Shown here one piece after another: positions 45,842 to 54,029 of a stretch of DNA of 64,000 nt. Position 1 is the first letter of the stretch. Every line of letters starts with the position of its first letter. The translations under genes were made by a program, and so were the position numbers. The stretch is from Escherichia phage vB_EcoM-Ro121c4YLVW, in sequence record NC_052654.1. One strand, given 5' to 3'. The notes below the pieces were generated by a model. It saw nothing but the letters and a program-made list of their open reading frames with translations. It was not told where the DNA came from and ran no database searches.

Positions 45842-46091
45842 CTTTTTTCAACAATTGGCATACTTTAAAAAGACTTGCTGAATCCTTGCAAGGGTAGAAA
45901 GATGTACGATAATCACGTACGCCAACCTTGCGGATCTCGATGTTCTCGCATGTTGTTTGATCAAAGATATTTATTTCATCACGCCCCCTTATATAAACAT
46001 AGTGGGGATGTATTAACGCATATTTTGCTAATCTGTAAAAAGCGTTATCTTTGAACGCGATCACGTGACCTTTTAATTTGATGTAAAACAT
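45834..46091 (-). CDS. hypothetical protein
   Basis: ORF track 85 aa; promoter unit at 46109-46164. Confidence 0.45.
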   Translation of the reverse strand: MFYIKLKGHVIAFKDNAFYRLAKYALIHPHYVYIRGRDEINIFDQTTCENIEIRKVGVRDYRTSFYPCKDSASLFKVCQLLKKGG

Positions 46092-46167
46092 TCTACCACC
46101 TTACAAATAGCGGGAACTATTCCCGCTTTATGTAACATATTAACAAATTATTCGTTAATGTCAAGCC

Positions 46168-46440
46168 TTAAAGCAAAAACGCTACATCTTGCGCTTTTAG
46201 TGTAGTATCAACCATTTTCGGGCTTTTATAATCAACAAAGCGCGCGGTTTTTTCAATAGCGAAACCGAGATAATCTTGCTTGTTGAAATTACATTCTTTC
46301 TTAAATGTTTCCCGTGCAATAGTGATCGCTGCGTCCAGGGATAAACGCCCGTCAATATTGATATTAGCGAAAGATCCGCCACCGCTCATAGGTTTACCAG
46401 TGGTGCCAGCTACGATCATTGTTGCGCTATATGATGCCAT
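46168..46440 (-). CDS. hypothetical protein
   Basis: ORF track 90 aa. Confidence 0.45.
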   Translation of the reverse strand: MASYSATMIVAGTTGKPMSGGGSFANINIDGRLSLDAAITIARETFKKECNFNKQDYLGFAIEKTARFVDYKSPKMVDTTLKAQDVAFLL

Positions 46441-46464
46441 GATGATAATCTCTCTTCTGTTGTG

Positions 46465-46525
46465 AGCGGTGGACCATTCCGCCGCCCTATGTGATACATC
46501 TTATCAGGTTGTTGTTTGTTGTCAA
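46465..46525 (-). promoter_or_regulatory. array promoter unit
   Basis: gagcggtggaccattccgccgccctatgtgatacatctta...tgtcaa. Confidence 0.6.
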
Positions 46526-46531
46526 TACTTT

Positions 46532-46729
46532 TTATTCTATTCCTGCAATTTGATTAACGCGCTTGCATTTTGTAGCGTGCTGGTCTTCTGTAATGACTCC
46601 CATTTCTAACAGGGAATCAATGAAAGATAAAACCGTTTCATGATCATCCTGGGGGTGACTGAACTCAGTAAAACCGTTTACCACTACGTTGATTTGTCCA
46701 GCTTTCGCCACAATGTGCAATGTTGCCAT
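46532..46729 (-). CDS. hypothetical small protein
   Basis: Start at internal ATG (MATLHIVAK...). Confidence 0.45.
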   Translation of the reverse strand: MATLHIVAKAGQINVVVNGFTEFSHPQDDHETVLSFIDSLLEMGVITEDQHATKCKRVNQIAGIE

Positions 46730-46748
46730 GATTTTAACTCCAAATAAT

Positions 46749-46807
46749 GAGCGGCACCATTGCCGCCCTACGTGGTAAATATTATGCCGCCACCTGGCGA
46801 ACGTCAA
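46749..46807 (-). promoter_or_regulatory. array promoter unit (last copy)
   Basis: gagcggcaccattgccgccctacgtggtaaatatta...cgtcaa. Confidence 0.6.
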
Positions 46808-46916
46808 TCACTTTTTCAATCTTTTTTATTTTCTTTTTGCTTGCTATATATAAAAGAAAGGGCTATCATCTTTCTACCGCGCCAACCAGGGCGCACATCA
46901 AAGAAAGGGCGATACC

Positions 46917-47120
46917 ATGACAACTACATTACACCTTATGCACTCATTGGGCTGGCAAGGCGGCACGGTGCACCAGGTAGCAAGTGCAACGGGCTTAAAG
47001 GTTGAAACCGTTCTCAACCTGGGCGATCATAAGGTGGAAGAGATAGATCATTTTGATACGTTCGCAAATGGTTATCTATGGGCTTGCAGTGGCGGCGGGG
47101 CGATATGTATTTTTGGTTAG
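46917..47120 (+). CDS. hypothetical small protein (only + strand gene within the leftward block)
   Basis: ORF track 67 aa; weak RBS. Confidence 0.35.
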   Translation: MTTTLHLMHSLGWQGGTVHQVASATGLKVETVLNLGDHKVEEIDHFDTFANGYLWACSGGGAICIFG

Positions 47121-47154
47121 GTGTCCTATCCTGGCAAGAAAACAAAAAATAATC

Positions 47155-47183
47155 TTGACAAGCCCAGGGATCGGGCTTATACT
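47155..47183 (+). promoter_or_regulatory. sigma70-type promoter with no ORF downstream
   Basis: TTGACA-N17-TATACT; palindromic spacer. Confidence 0.5.
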
Positions 47184-47189
47184 GTTTTA

Positions 47190-47290
47190 CATACAGAAGA
47201 GGAAGCGCCACCCCACGGCGTAAAGGCGGGGCTAACATACCAGGGGGCACTGGTTGGAAGGTTGATCGCCGGTAGGCTGGGCGCTATATA
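47190..47290 (+). ncRNA. candidate small non-coding RNA
   Basis: GC-rich segment with local hairpins just downstream of the promoter, ends near an A/T-rich stretch; no ORF. Confidence 0.25.
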
Positions 47291-47537
47291 TTTGTAAAGA
47301 AATGTAAAGATAAAATAATCGCTTGCTTTCCTGGCTGGATCTGTTATTCTTATTACATGGCGAGGGGACACGGGAGCGCGAGACAAACACCACCCCTGCG
47401 CGTCATTCTCTAAATGAGAATGATTATCATTTACCTTATCAAATAAGAATCAATCTCATTTATAAACCTAAATGCGAATCATTATCATTTGCATTTCCAT
47501 ATGAGAACTCTTCTCATTCCCATCTGCATAAATTTTT

Positions 47538-47740
47538 GTAAACTTTAAATTTTGCTTTTGTACTTTCATTTTTGTAAAAGCAAAAAAACTTTAAATACTG
47601 TGGGCGCGCAAAATTTTTAAAATTTTCCTTGACTTTTGAGTTTTGTTTTGTATCTGACATTTTAAGATAATTTTCCTAAACTTTAAATTTTGGTTTTCAA
47701 CTTTCACTTTTGTAAATTCTTAAAAAGTTTAAATAATTTG
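47538..47740. repeat. two about 63-bp direct repeats rich in A-tracts plus short TTTGAGATAA repeats (iteron-like)
   Basis: Copies at about 47538-47600 and 47677-47740. Confidence 0.55.
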
Positions 47741-47958
47741 AGGGATTTTTGAGATAATGGATAGTGGGAATTTGAGATAACCTTTAATCTTATTGGCAGA
47801 CCTTCAGGAAGCCACTTAGATCGAATCCTAGCAATGCAAACTGAAAAAGACAAGTGTTTGTATAGGACAAAATAATAGGCTCTCTACGGTGCTGTAGGAG
47901 CCTTATTTCTGTGCTACAAAGTGACACCTTTGTTCTAAAAATGAAAAAAGTTAAAATA

Positions 47959-48501
47959 TCACAAATATCGTCTTTGCGGTATTTTGTCTGGGAAAAGTAT
48001 TTCGATCAGTTTATTATGATATTTGCCTAAAAGATTCTGCCCTTTCCAGGTGGCAGGGTTTAGCACCCCTGGTTCATACATCCCCATTCCAATTCCGTAA
48101 ACCTTATCGTAGGGGCTTGCTTCAACAAACGTTTTGTATTGGTAAAGGTGTAAGTCTGCATACAAATCTGGATTCTGTACATATTTCAAGCATAAACCTC
48201 GCATAACAATACGCTCACGGTTCTCTTCCCACATATCATTATTAAAACCAGATACCGCTCGACCCATACGTTTGTAGTATGCTTGTTTCCTCTCGTTGTC
48301 ACGTATAGTCGAGTGATCAAGGATAGCTGCTGCAATCGCATGATCCTTGAACAGCAAAGCCTTACGCCACATCATATATTGCTCAACACAACAGAAAGTC
48401 TCATTGTAACCTGGTTCAGTTTCTGTAAAGGGTGCAATATACCAATTACTAAACACATCTTTATGTGAAAAGAAGAATACATATTCATCAGTTATTCTCA
48501 T
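47959..48501 (-). CDS. NADAR (YbiA-like) domain protein
   Basis: FFFS...FSNW, CVEQYMMWRKA, KRMGR, FVEASPYDKVYGIG match the NADAR signature. Confidence 0.7.
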   Translation of the reverse strand: MRITDEYVFFFSHKDVFSNWYIAPFTETEPGYNETFCCVEQYMMWRKALLFKDHAIAAAILDHSTIRDNERKQAYYKRMGRAVSGFNNDMWEENRERIVMRGLCLKYVQNPDLYADLHLYQYKTFVEASPYDKVYGIGMGMYEPGVLNPATWKGQNLLGKYHNKLIEILFPDKIPQRRYL

Positions 48502-48676
48502 TTTTCATGCCTTCTAAAACTTTAGCTTGCCCGTCTTGAAAAGCTTTCATCAGAACTATCTTAAGATTGACTTCCAAACGTTCTTCATCCTCTCTATAAC
48601 AATCCAACACTGCTTTAAGTTCATCATAGTGGCTCAGAATAGGTTTAAAGATTTCATGATCTGCTAAACGTGTCAT
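48488..48676 (-). CDS. hypothetical small protein
   Basis: Start at ATG after AAGGAGAAA. Confidence 0.4.
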   Translation of the reverse strand: MTRLADHEIFKPILSHYDELKAVLDCYREDEERLEVNLKIVLMKAFQDGQAKVLEGMKNENN

Positions 48677-48689
48677 AGTTTCTCCTTTG

Positions 48690-49055
48690 TTAATCCATCC
48701 ACCAGTAGCCATAAACTGCGTCTGCGTCGATGAGTTTGTGTTTGTTGTTCCGCATGTAGTCTAAGATAAGTAGACGTTTATTGTATCTGGAGAGATTATG
48801 ACCCTCTTTTCCGCCATAGTCAAAATATTTTGCAAGATCTTTACACTCAAACAAAATCAGTTCGGGAGTTTCTTCACACTGGTCTGTCTGGTACACTTGA
48901 CGAATGATCATGTATACATCGTCGTCTTCCGCTAAATGCTCTACTGGTCCACATCCAGCAGGAACAAATTCATAGTCCCATCTGATCAGATGTTTCTCTA
49001 CTGCTTCAAAGAAATCCATCCTTTCGTTGCGCATAATTTGAACGTCAACTAACAT
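48690..49055 (-). CDS. hypothetical protein
   Basis: ORF track 121 aa. Confidence 0.45.
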   Translation of the reverse strand: MLVDVQIMRNERMDFFEAVEKHLIRWDYEFVPAGCGPVEHLAEDDDVYMIIRQVYQTDQCEETPELILFECKDLAKYFDYGGKEGHNLSRYNKRLLILDYMRNNKHKLIDADAVYGYWWMD

Positions 49056-50251
49056 GTTTCCTCCTGTAATGTTCCACCATAAAGTTTATAAATGTTTTGT
49101 ATTGAGGCCATGCAAGATAACTCTACTGTTTCTGTGTAGCCATCTGGCATAGAATATTTGCTCACTGCTTCCGTGTGAAGGACACGCTTACAACGCTTTT
49201 CTGCATCTTTGCATTGCTTCACAGTAGGGAAGTGCCACACTTGGACCTGTTTCATAGTAAACACATTACGACTATTTTGTTTTTTGATACGGCGATCACT
49301 ATTATTGGCAATTCCAAATTTCAAAGCACAGAGAATACCTTGTTCATCATGAATGTGGTTAATGTAACATTGTTGTTGTGTCTGGTTAGCACATTGCGGA
49401 CAACCAGTGCCATGATTTAACAAACCACTGGCACGTCCTATTTGTACCCCATGTTTCTTACATCCATATTTAAACTTACCTAATCTTACAGACGGTTTCC
49501 CGATCCAACCTACCCAGATATACCCTTTCCTTTCTACTGCCTTTTTTACCCTATAGGTAATCTGTGCTTCTGTGTAATGACAGTTAGTTGCACAACGGCA
49601 AGGAATCTTCCCTTGTTTAAGGTCATTCCCTGCGACATAAAACTTACCATCACACACCCCAGCTTGCACATACTCATCGTGAGAGCAGGCAGGACACTCT
49701 ACACACCATAAAGAATCGCGGCCTCGTTTTTTATCTGTTTTAGTGAAGATTGTACCCTCTTTAAACTTTCCTGTATTAATGAAGTCTTGTATGTGCTGAT
49801 CGTCTGGAAGTATTTTAGAATTCCTAGATCTTTTGTTACCGCATTTAGGACAACCACTACCACCCTTAAGATTATGAAATGTTAATGTTCGCCATTCCCC
49901 GTGCTCAGGACAAAGGTTGATCATCTTTGTATGTACACCTATAAACTCTCCATTAATGCCTAAAATCTTGATTCCCTTAGCTTCAGCAATAGGCTTACAT
50001 TCCGAAAGGTAATAATCTAGGTTTTTACTGTTGTCTTGTCTTGCTTTCTCATTTTTGCACCTAGGGCAACCAGACTTACCACGTTTAAAATTGGCAAATG
50101 TGGATGTTCTCCACTCCCCATGATTAGGGCAGAAGTTGATCATCTTCGTGTGCACACCTTTAAATGGCTCTACAATCCCTATAATCTCATATCCTTTAGC
50201 TTCCGCTATTGGTTTACATTCTCCTATATACTGTTCTAACGTCTTCGCCAT
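49049..50251 (-). CDS. multi-zinc-ribbon protein with internal tandem duplication; possible nuclease-like C-terminal domain
   Basis: Two about 80-aa repeats ending CPxHGEWRT..F.N.K.G.SGCPxC; further CxxC pairs; C-terminal FGIANNSDRRIKKQNS region. Confidence 0.5.
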   Translation of the reverse strand: MAKTLEQYIGECKPIAEAKGYEIIGIVEPFKGVHTKMINFCPNHGEWRTSTFANFKRGKSGCPRCKNEKARQDNSKNLDYYLSECKPIAEAKGIKILGINGEFIGVHTKMINLCPEHGEWRTLTFHNLKGGSGCPKCGNKRSRNSKILPDDQHIQDFINTGKFKEGTIFTKTDKKRGRDSLWCVECPACSHDEYVQAGVCDGKFYVAGNDLKQGKIPCRCATNCHYTEAQITYRVKKAVERKGYIWVGWIGKPSVRLGKFKYGCKKHGVQIGRASGLLNHGTGCPQCANQTQQQCYINHIHDEQGILCALKFGIANNSDRRIKKQNSRNVFTMKQVQVWHFPTVKQCKDAEKRCKRVLHTEAVSKYSMPDGYTETVELSCMASIQNIYKLYGGTLQEETC

Positions 50252-50293
50252 CTTTATCTATCCTCTCTCCCTATAATCTGAAGTCAATATAAC

Positions 50294-50314
50294 AAAACCC
50301 GCCGAAGCGGGTTT
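50294..50314 (-). terminator. Rho-independent terminator (minus strand)
   Basis: cccgccgaagcggg hairpin then T-run on minus strand. Confidence 0.55.
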
Positions 50315-50330
50315 AGTTATTTGTGCTGTA

Positions 50331-51470
50331 TCAGAACACGCTACCCAGTGTAGTGGAACGTTGTGTTACAGGCTCCAGCACCACTCGCAGAGTGTTTCCT
50401 GGTGTAGTGCTCATCACCAGAATCTTACCACCTTCAATCAGATCACAAGTTAGACCATCAGCAGTTGCACACAGATCAATATGTGGATCGCCATCTTCAT
50501 CCAGGATAACATAACTGTTGGTTTCCATTGCTTCCACTTCATCATCTTTCAAACTTTGCAGATAGATGTTCAGGGAACAAGCACCCGACAAAAACTTAGT
50601 AGGGGTGAAGTCGTGCCAGTTATTGATCCAATTCACCTTCAGGGTTTTGCCATTAGCTACGATAGAAGCCACATTCCATTTAGCATCGTTGCCTAAAGAA
50701 ATACCCATCATTTCCAGACATTCTTTAAAAGTCATTTTTGGATAGAAATTCAATTCTTCTACAATACCTTGAATAACATCAAAAGACAACTCTGTACTAA
50801 CATCCCATAAACGTTGGAAGTTATCTACGTGCTTTTTATTTACCAAGTTCTTATCCAAGTAATCTAACATAGTTTCACTAGACAGTTTATCGTAATTGAA
50901 ACTGTAATAGATACGACTAGGACGGTTTACAAAATATTCCGAGATATAACCACTATTTTTAGTGAGGATGTAAAGTTTATTCCCACTTCCTGTTCCATCC
51001 AACAAGGTCAACAGTGCTTCCTGATCTTCTTTCTTAGCGTACACTTTATCAAATTCGTCAAATAAAACAACAGCACGATCTGTAATTTTACTCATAAATT
51101 CTAAGAAGCCAGCATCTGTGTAAGGCTGTGTAACCAAAATGGTTGGAATACCTAAACCTTCTGTGGACATTAGAGACATGCTAATCAGTTTAGCTAACAT
51201 CGTCTTACCACTGCCCTTTGTCCCTGTCAGTAACACCCCAGTATTTTTACCTTCTTTACTACGACGAGCAAATGTTTTAATAACATGTGCGGCGCGGTCT
51301 TTAGTTTCCCCATAAAGAGTGTTCGGAAGAGAGAAACTTTCGCCACGCACTAAAGAGTAGTTACCGTGCGGATCGCAGTTGACAACCCAAACTCCAGCAG
51401 GAAGTTTATTAGCTTCAACGCCATATTCCTTATTTACAACCGCTACATCTCCAAAAATAGTGTATTTCAT
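50331..51470 (-). CDS. AAA+ ATPase
   Basis: Walker A GTKGSGKT, Walker B VVLFDEFD; 379 aa. Confidence 0.65.
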   Translation of the reverse strand: MKYTIFGDVAVVNKEYGVEANKLPAGVWVVNCDPHGNYSLVRGESFSLPNTLYGETKDRAAHVIKTFARRSKEGKNTGVLLTGTKGSGKTMLAKLISMSLMSTEGLGIPTILVTQPYTDAGFLEFMSKITDRAVVLFDEFDKVYAKKEDQEALLTLLDGTGSGNKLYILTKNSGYISEYFVNRPSRIYYSFNYDKLSSETMLDYLDKNLVNKKHVDNFQRLWDVSTELSFDVIQGIVEELNFYPKMTFKECLEMMGISLGNDAKWNVASIVANGKTLKVNWINNWHDFTPTKFLSGACSLNIYLQSLKDDEVEAMETNSYVILDEDGDPHIDLCATADGLTCDLIEGGKILVMSTTPGNTLRVVLEPVTQRSTTLGSVF

Positions 51471-51826
51471 TAGAACGTTTCTCCTTTTAAAATAATTACT
51501 GTAAACTTTGCAGTTTTTTCACTCTTAATATTCTTGACTAATAAGTATTCTCCTCCAGGGGCATCTTTATATTGTTTAATAGCTACTATTTCATTTTTGC
51601 AAGTAGCTATAATCGAATAAAAAGGACGTTCCGTGTTATCTTCTTTTCCTGTATATGCCTCAACATCTTTGCACTGTTCTAGAACACCATTCCCAGGTGT
51701 ATAGTAAAACTTGTTGCCTGTGATCACAACATCTTTACCAATATCTGTTTTAACTGCTACAAATTTTTGAGCGTAAGTGGTGAAGCTTACGGTAGCCAGC
51801 AATGTGGCTAAGATTAGTTTTTTCAT
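51470..51826 (-). CDS. secreted small protein (signal peptide)
   Basis: MKKLILATLLATVSFTTYA-QK; start at internal ATG. Confidence 0.5.
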   Translation of the reverse strand: MKKLILATLLATVSFTTYAQKFVAVKTDIGKDVVITGNKFYYTPGNGVLEQCKDVEAYTGKEDNTERPFYSIIATCKNEIVAIKQYKDAPGGEYLLVKNIKSEKTAKFTVIILKGETF

Positions 51827-51837
51827 AAACTTCCCTC

Positions 51838-52002
51838 CTATTCCCACAACATACAAATCGCAGCGACAAACATATTAGCAATAGCCGCACCAAGAACTAT
51901 AAACATCGCCAGTTCAGAACAATATTCACCAACCAGAGGGGATACTATTGCACAGAGTAATCCCAATGTCAAACACAAGTTGATGATGAAGTTTAAAATC
52001 AT
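51838..52002 (-). CDS. 54-aa membrane protein
   Basis: GGAGAGAAT RBS then ATG; two hydrophobic segments; below ORF-track cutoff. Confidence 0.4.
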   Translation of the reverse strand: MILNFIINLCLTLGLLCAIVSPLVGEYCSELAMFIVLGAAIANMFVAAICMLWE

Positions 52003-52011
52003 ATTCTCTCC

Positions 52012-52203
52012 TTACAACCAACCTTTTGCCTGATAGCCTTTAGAAAATCCATCTTCCCATTCTTCGAATTCCTTTTTGTGTGTCATTGGACAATATGGAT
52101 TTACTTTATTAAACATACCAAACTTGAACCCTGCGGTATACCCCTTCTTAAAAGCTATTGATTCTAAAGAGATCATATTCTTTCTCCTCTTAGAACTCGA
52201 CAA
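52012..52203 (-). CDS. hypothetical protein
   Basis: ORF track 63 aa. Confidence 0.4.
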   Translation of the reverse strand: MSSSKRRKNMISLESIAFKKGYTAGFKFGMFNKVNPYCPMTHKKEFEEWEDGFSKGYQAKGWL

Positions 52204-52441
52204 TGATTTTGTCTAAGTGTTCTGCTTCAACTTGGGATAATGTTAACACCTGCACCAAACCTCTGTCAATACCAATTTTAATGACTTGCAAATAATCACC
52301 AAAAAGATCTGATAAAGAAATAGCATGTTCCGTAACTACAATAACTTCATTACCTTTAGTGTATTCTTTCCACACCCGACCACATTTATAAATGTAATCT
52401 TTTTGATCTTCAGTAATCATTTTAGGTTTGATACTTAACAT
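52190..52441 (-). CDS. hypothetical protein
   Basis: ORF track 83 aa. Confidence 0.45.
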   Translation of the reverse strand: MLSIKPKMITEDQKDYIYKCGRVWKEYTKGNEVIVVTEHAISLSDLFGDYLQVIKIGIDRGLVQVLTLSQVEAEHLDKIIVEF

Positions 52442-52779
52442 TACATACTCCCGTATTCTGGTTCAATATTATGTTTACGACAAATGGTATCCCAACGTTC
52501 ATTACCAAAACTTCTTCCATGTAGAGCGTTAAATGCGAAATGCTCTGCCAACCACAATACTACATCATCAGGATCTGTGTCAAGAGGAATTCTAAACTCT
52601 CGATCATAACGCATACGCAGAATAAAATCCTTATCATCTTCAAGGAGATACATGTGACTTTTAGCCCGTGATGCCAAATCAAAGAAAGGAGGCTCATCTT
52701 TCCAAACGTGACGCTCAACTTCAACACCATGATCTACTACCAGAGTAGCGATCACCTCTCTCATTTCTTTACTAAACAT
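52441..52779 (-). CDS. hypothetical protein
   Basis: Start at ATG after AATGGAGGTAAT. Confidence 0.45.
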   Translation of the reverse strand: MFSKEMREVIATLVVDHGVEVERHVWKDEPPFFDLASRAKSHMYLLEDDKDFILRMRYDREFRIPLDTDPDDVVLWLAEHFAFNALHGRSFGNERWDTICRKHNIEPEYGSM

Positions 52780-52789
52780 ATTACCTCCA

Positions 52790-52978
52790 TTAACCAATGA
52801 GTTCAACTGCTTTGCAGATGTAGATCCAAACCGGAGTGAGCATAAGAGCTATACCGAATGCACAATTCCACTTAATTCCCATTTCCTCTATTAGAGACAT
52901 GATTAAGCCAACAGCACTAATAATCAGATAGATCCCTAAGAAAGCCATTGTGAAGAATTCAGACATATTTAGCTCCAA
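52790..52978 (-). CDS. small membrane protein
   Basis: 62 aa, two hydrophobic helices. Confidence 0.4.
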   Translation of the reverse strand: MELNMSEFFTMAFLGIYLIISAVGLIMSLIEEMGIKWNCAFGIALMLTPVWIYICKAVELIG

Positions 52979-53325
52979 AGATTATCAAAATAACTAGCGA
53001 ATAAAAGACGGCCCTCTAACCGTGCCTTCCTTTGATCTTCAGCATACACGATTTCTGGATTACCACTATCAATAAAAGCATTCTCCATCTTTTCTAAAAT
53101 ATTTAACCACTCTCTTCTACCTGTCTCCTCTTCTTCATCTGTATACGGCGCACTTCTATTTGGATACAAAACACGCATCAGTTTAGTGGGGATCATGACA
53201 AACGTGCTATTGTTTGCCTTCTCGCGGAAGGCTTTAATTCCTGCATAGATTACCTTCCCCAAAGCTGCATCCAAATCCATCAGGTCACTTTCTTCTATTT
53301 GAATTTCATCGTGTACAATTTTCAT
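52969..53325 (-). CDS. hypothetical protein
   Basis: ORF track 118 aa. Confidence 0.45.
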   Translation of the reverse strand: MKIVHDEIQIEESDLMDLDAALGKVIYAGIKAFREKANNSTFVMIPTKLMRVLYPNRSAPYTDEEEETGRREWLNILEKMENAFIDSGNPEIVYAEDQRKARLEGRLLFASYFDNLWS

Positions 53326-53609
53326 CGTGCCTTCTCCCGATCTGCGTCCAATTTCAACAAGAAGGTTGCATACTCTTCTGAGCCTTGATGCAAGAACATA
53401 CGATAAGAACTTACCAGTTTCTTGGTCGTTGTATAACGTTCCATTTCCCCAACAACACCTCCACCCAGGGTGTAGAGCACAACACCCTCAAACCCAACAT
53501 GAGTTACTACTTCAACCAAGTCTGTGTTATCCCAATGGTAGTTAGGTGACACAATAAGATCGCCAACTGCCAGTTTAATGTTTGCTACTTCATTTTGTGA
53601 ATAATACAT
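53322..53609 (-). CDS. hypothetical protein
   Basis: ORF track 95 aa. Confidence 0.45.
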   Translation of the reverse strand: MYYSQNEVANIKLAVGDLIVSPNYHWDNTDLVEVVTHVGFEGVVLYTLGGGVVGEMERYTTTKKLVSSYRMFLHQGSEEYATFLLKLDADREKAR

Positions 53610-53621
53610 TTGGTTCTCCTC

Positions 53622-53915
53622 TCACATTAAGACACGTTTTGTATCGATGGGTGCATTATCAAACATGTTAAGAACATTGTCAAGCAGTTTTACTAATTCA
53701 TTTGTAATTTGTTCTTTTGAACGGGAGGAAGTGAGCACTTTGCTTTCACCAACGATATGCATAACTTTTATAGGAGCATCTAAAATAATGTTGTGCTGAC
53801 GATCCTCTTCAAAAGAAGCCAACCATTTCTCGTTGTTACCGTGTAAGGCTACAATGACACCAAAACCGTTAATTGTCTCAGAAATATTCTTAGTTGCTAA
53901 AGTAATGTTCATCAT
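53622..53915 (-). CDS. hypothetical protein (first gene of leftward block)
   Basis: ORF track 97 aa. Confidence 0.45.
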   Translation of the reverse strand: MMNITLATKNISETINGFGVIVALHGNNEKWLASFEEDRQHNIILDAPIKVMHIVGESKVLTSSRSKEQITNELVKLLDNVLNMFDNAPIDTKRVLM

Positions 53916-53929
53916 CTACCTCTCTTGTT

Positions 53930-53995
53930 AATGTTCATATATGATACCTGAAAATAATTTCAGATCAAGTATTGACATGCTTTTTAGTCCTGTTA
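53930..53995. promoter_or_regulatory. divergent promoter hub
   Basis: Rightward TTGACA-N16-TAAGAT (53964-53991); leftward TTGATC-N16-TATCAT on opposite strand. Confidence 0.5.
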
Positions 53996-54029
53996 AGATC
54001 AACTCATACAAAACAAGAGGAGAAAACAA

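Larger units (their letters stand above)
36060..46810 (-). repeat. array of more than 20 dispersed direct repeats: promoter + TAGGGCGG + GC-rich leader hairpin, each preceding a small gene
   Basis: 16 copies carry RTAGGGCGG plus hairpin; about 6 degenerate copies. Confidence 0.8.

Noticed and set aside
36060-46810. Resemblance of the conserved array motif (TAAGAT GTATCAC RTAGGG) to a T7-class single-subunit RNA polymerase promoter (CACTATAGGG)
   Set aside because: Only TAGGGCGG and the -35/-10 hexamers are invariant; the segment that would correspond to the T7 specificity region varies between copies, a one-base gap is needed, and no phage RNA polymerase gene is in the window. A sigma70 promoter followed by a conserved leader explains the data better.
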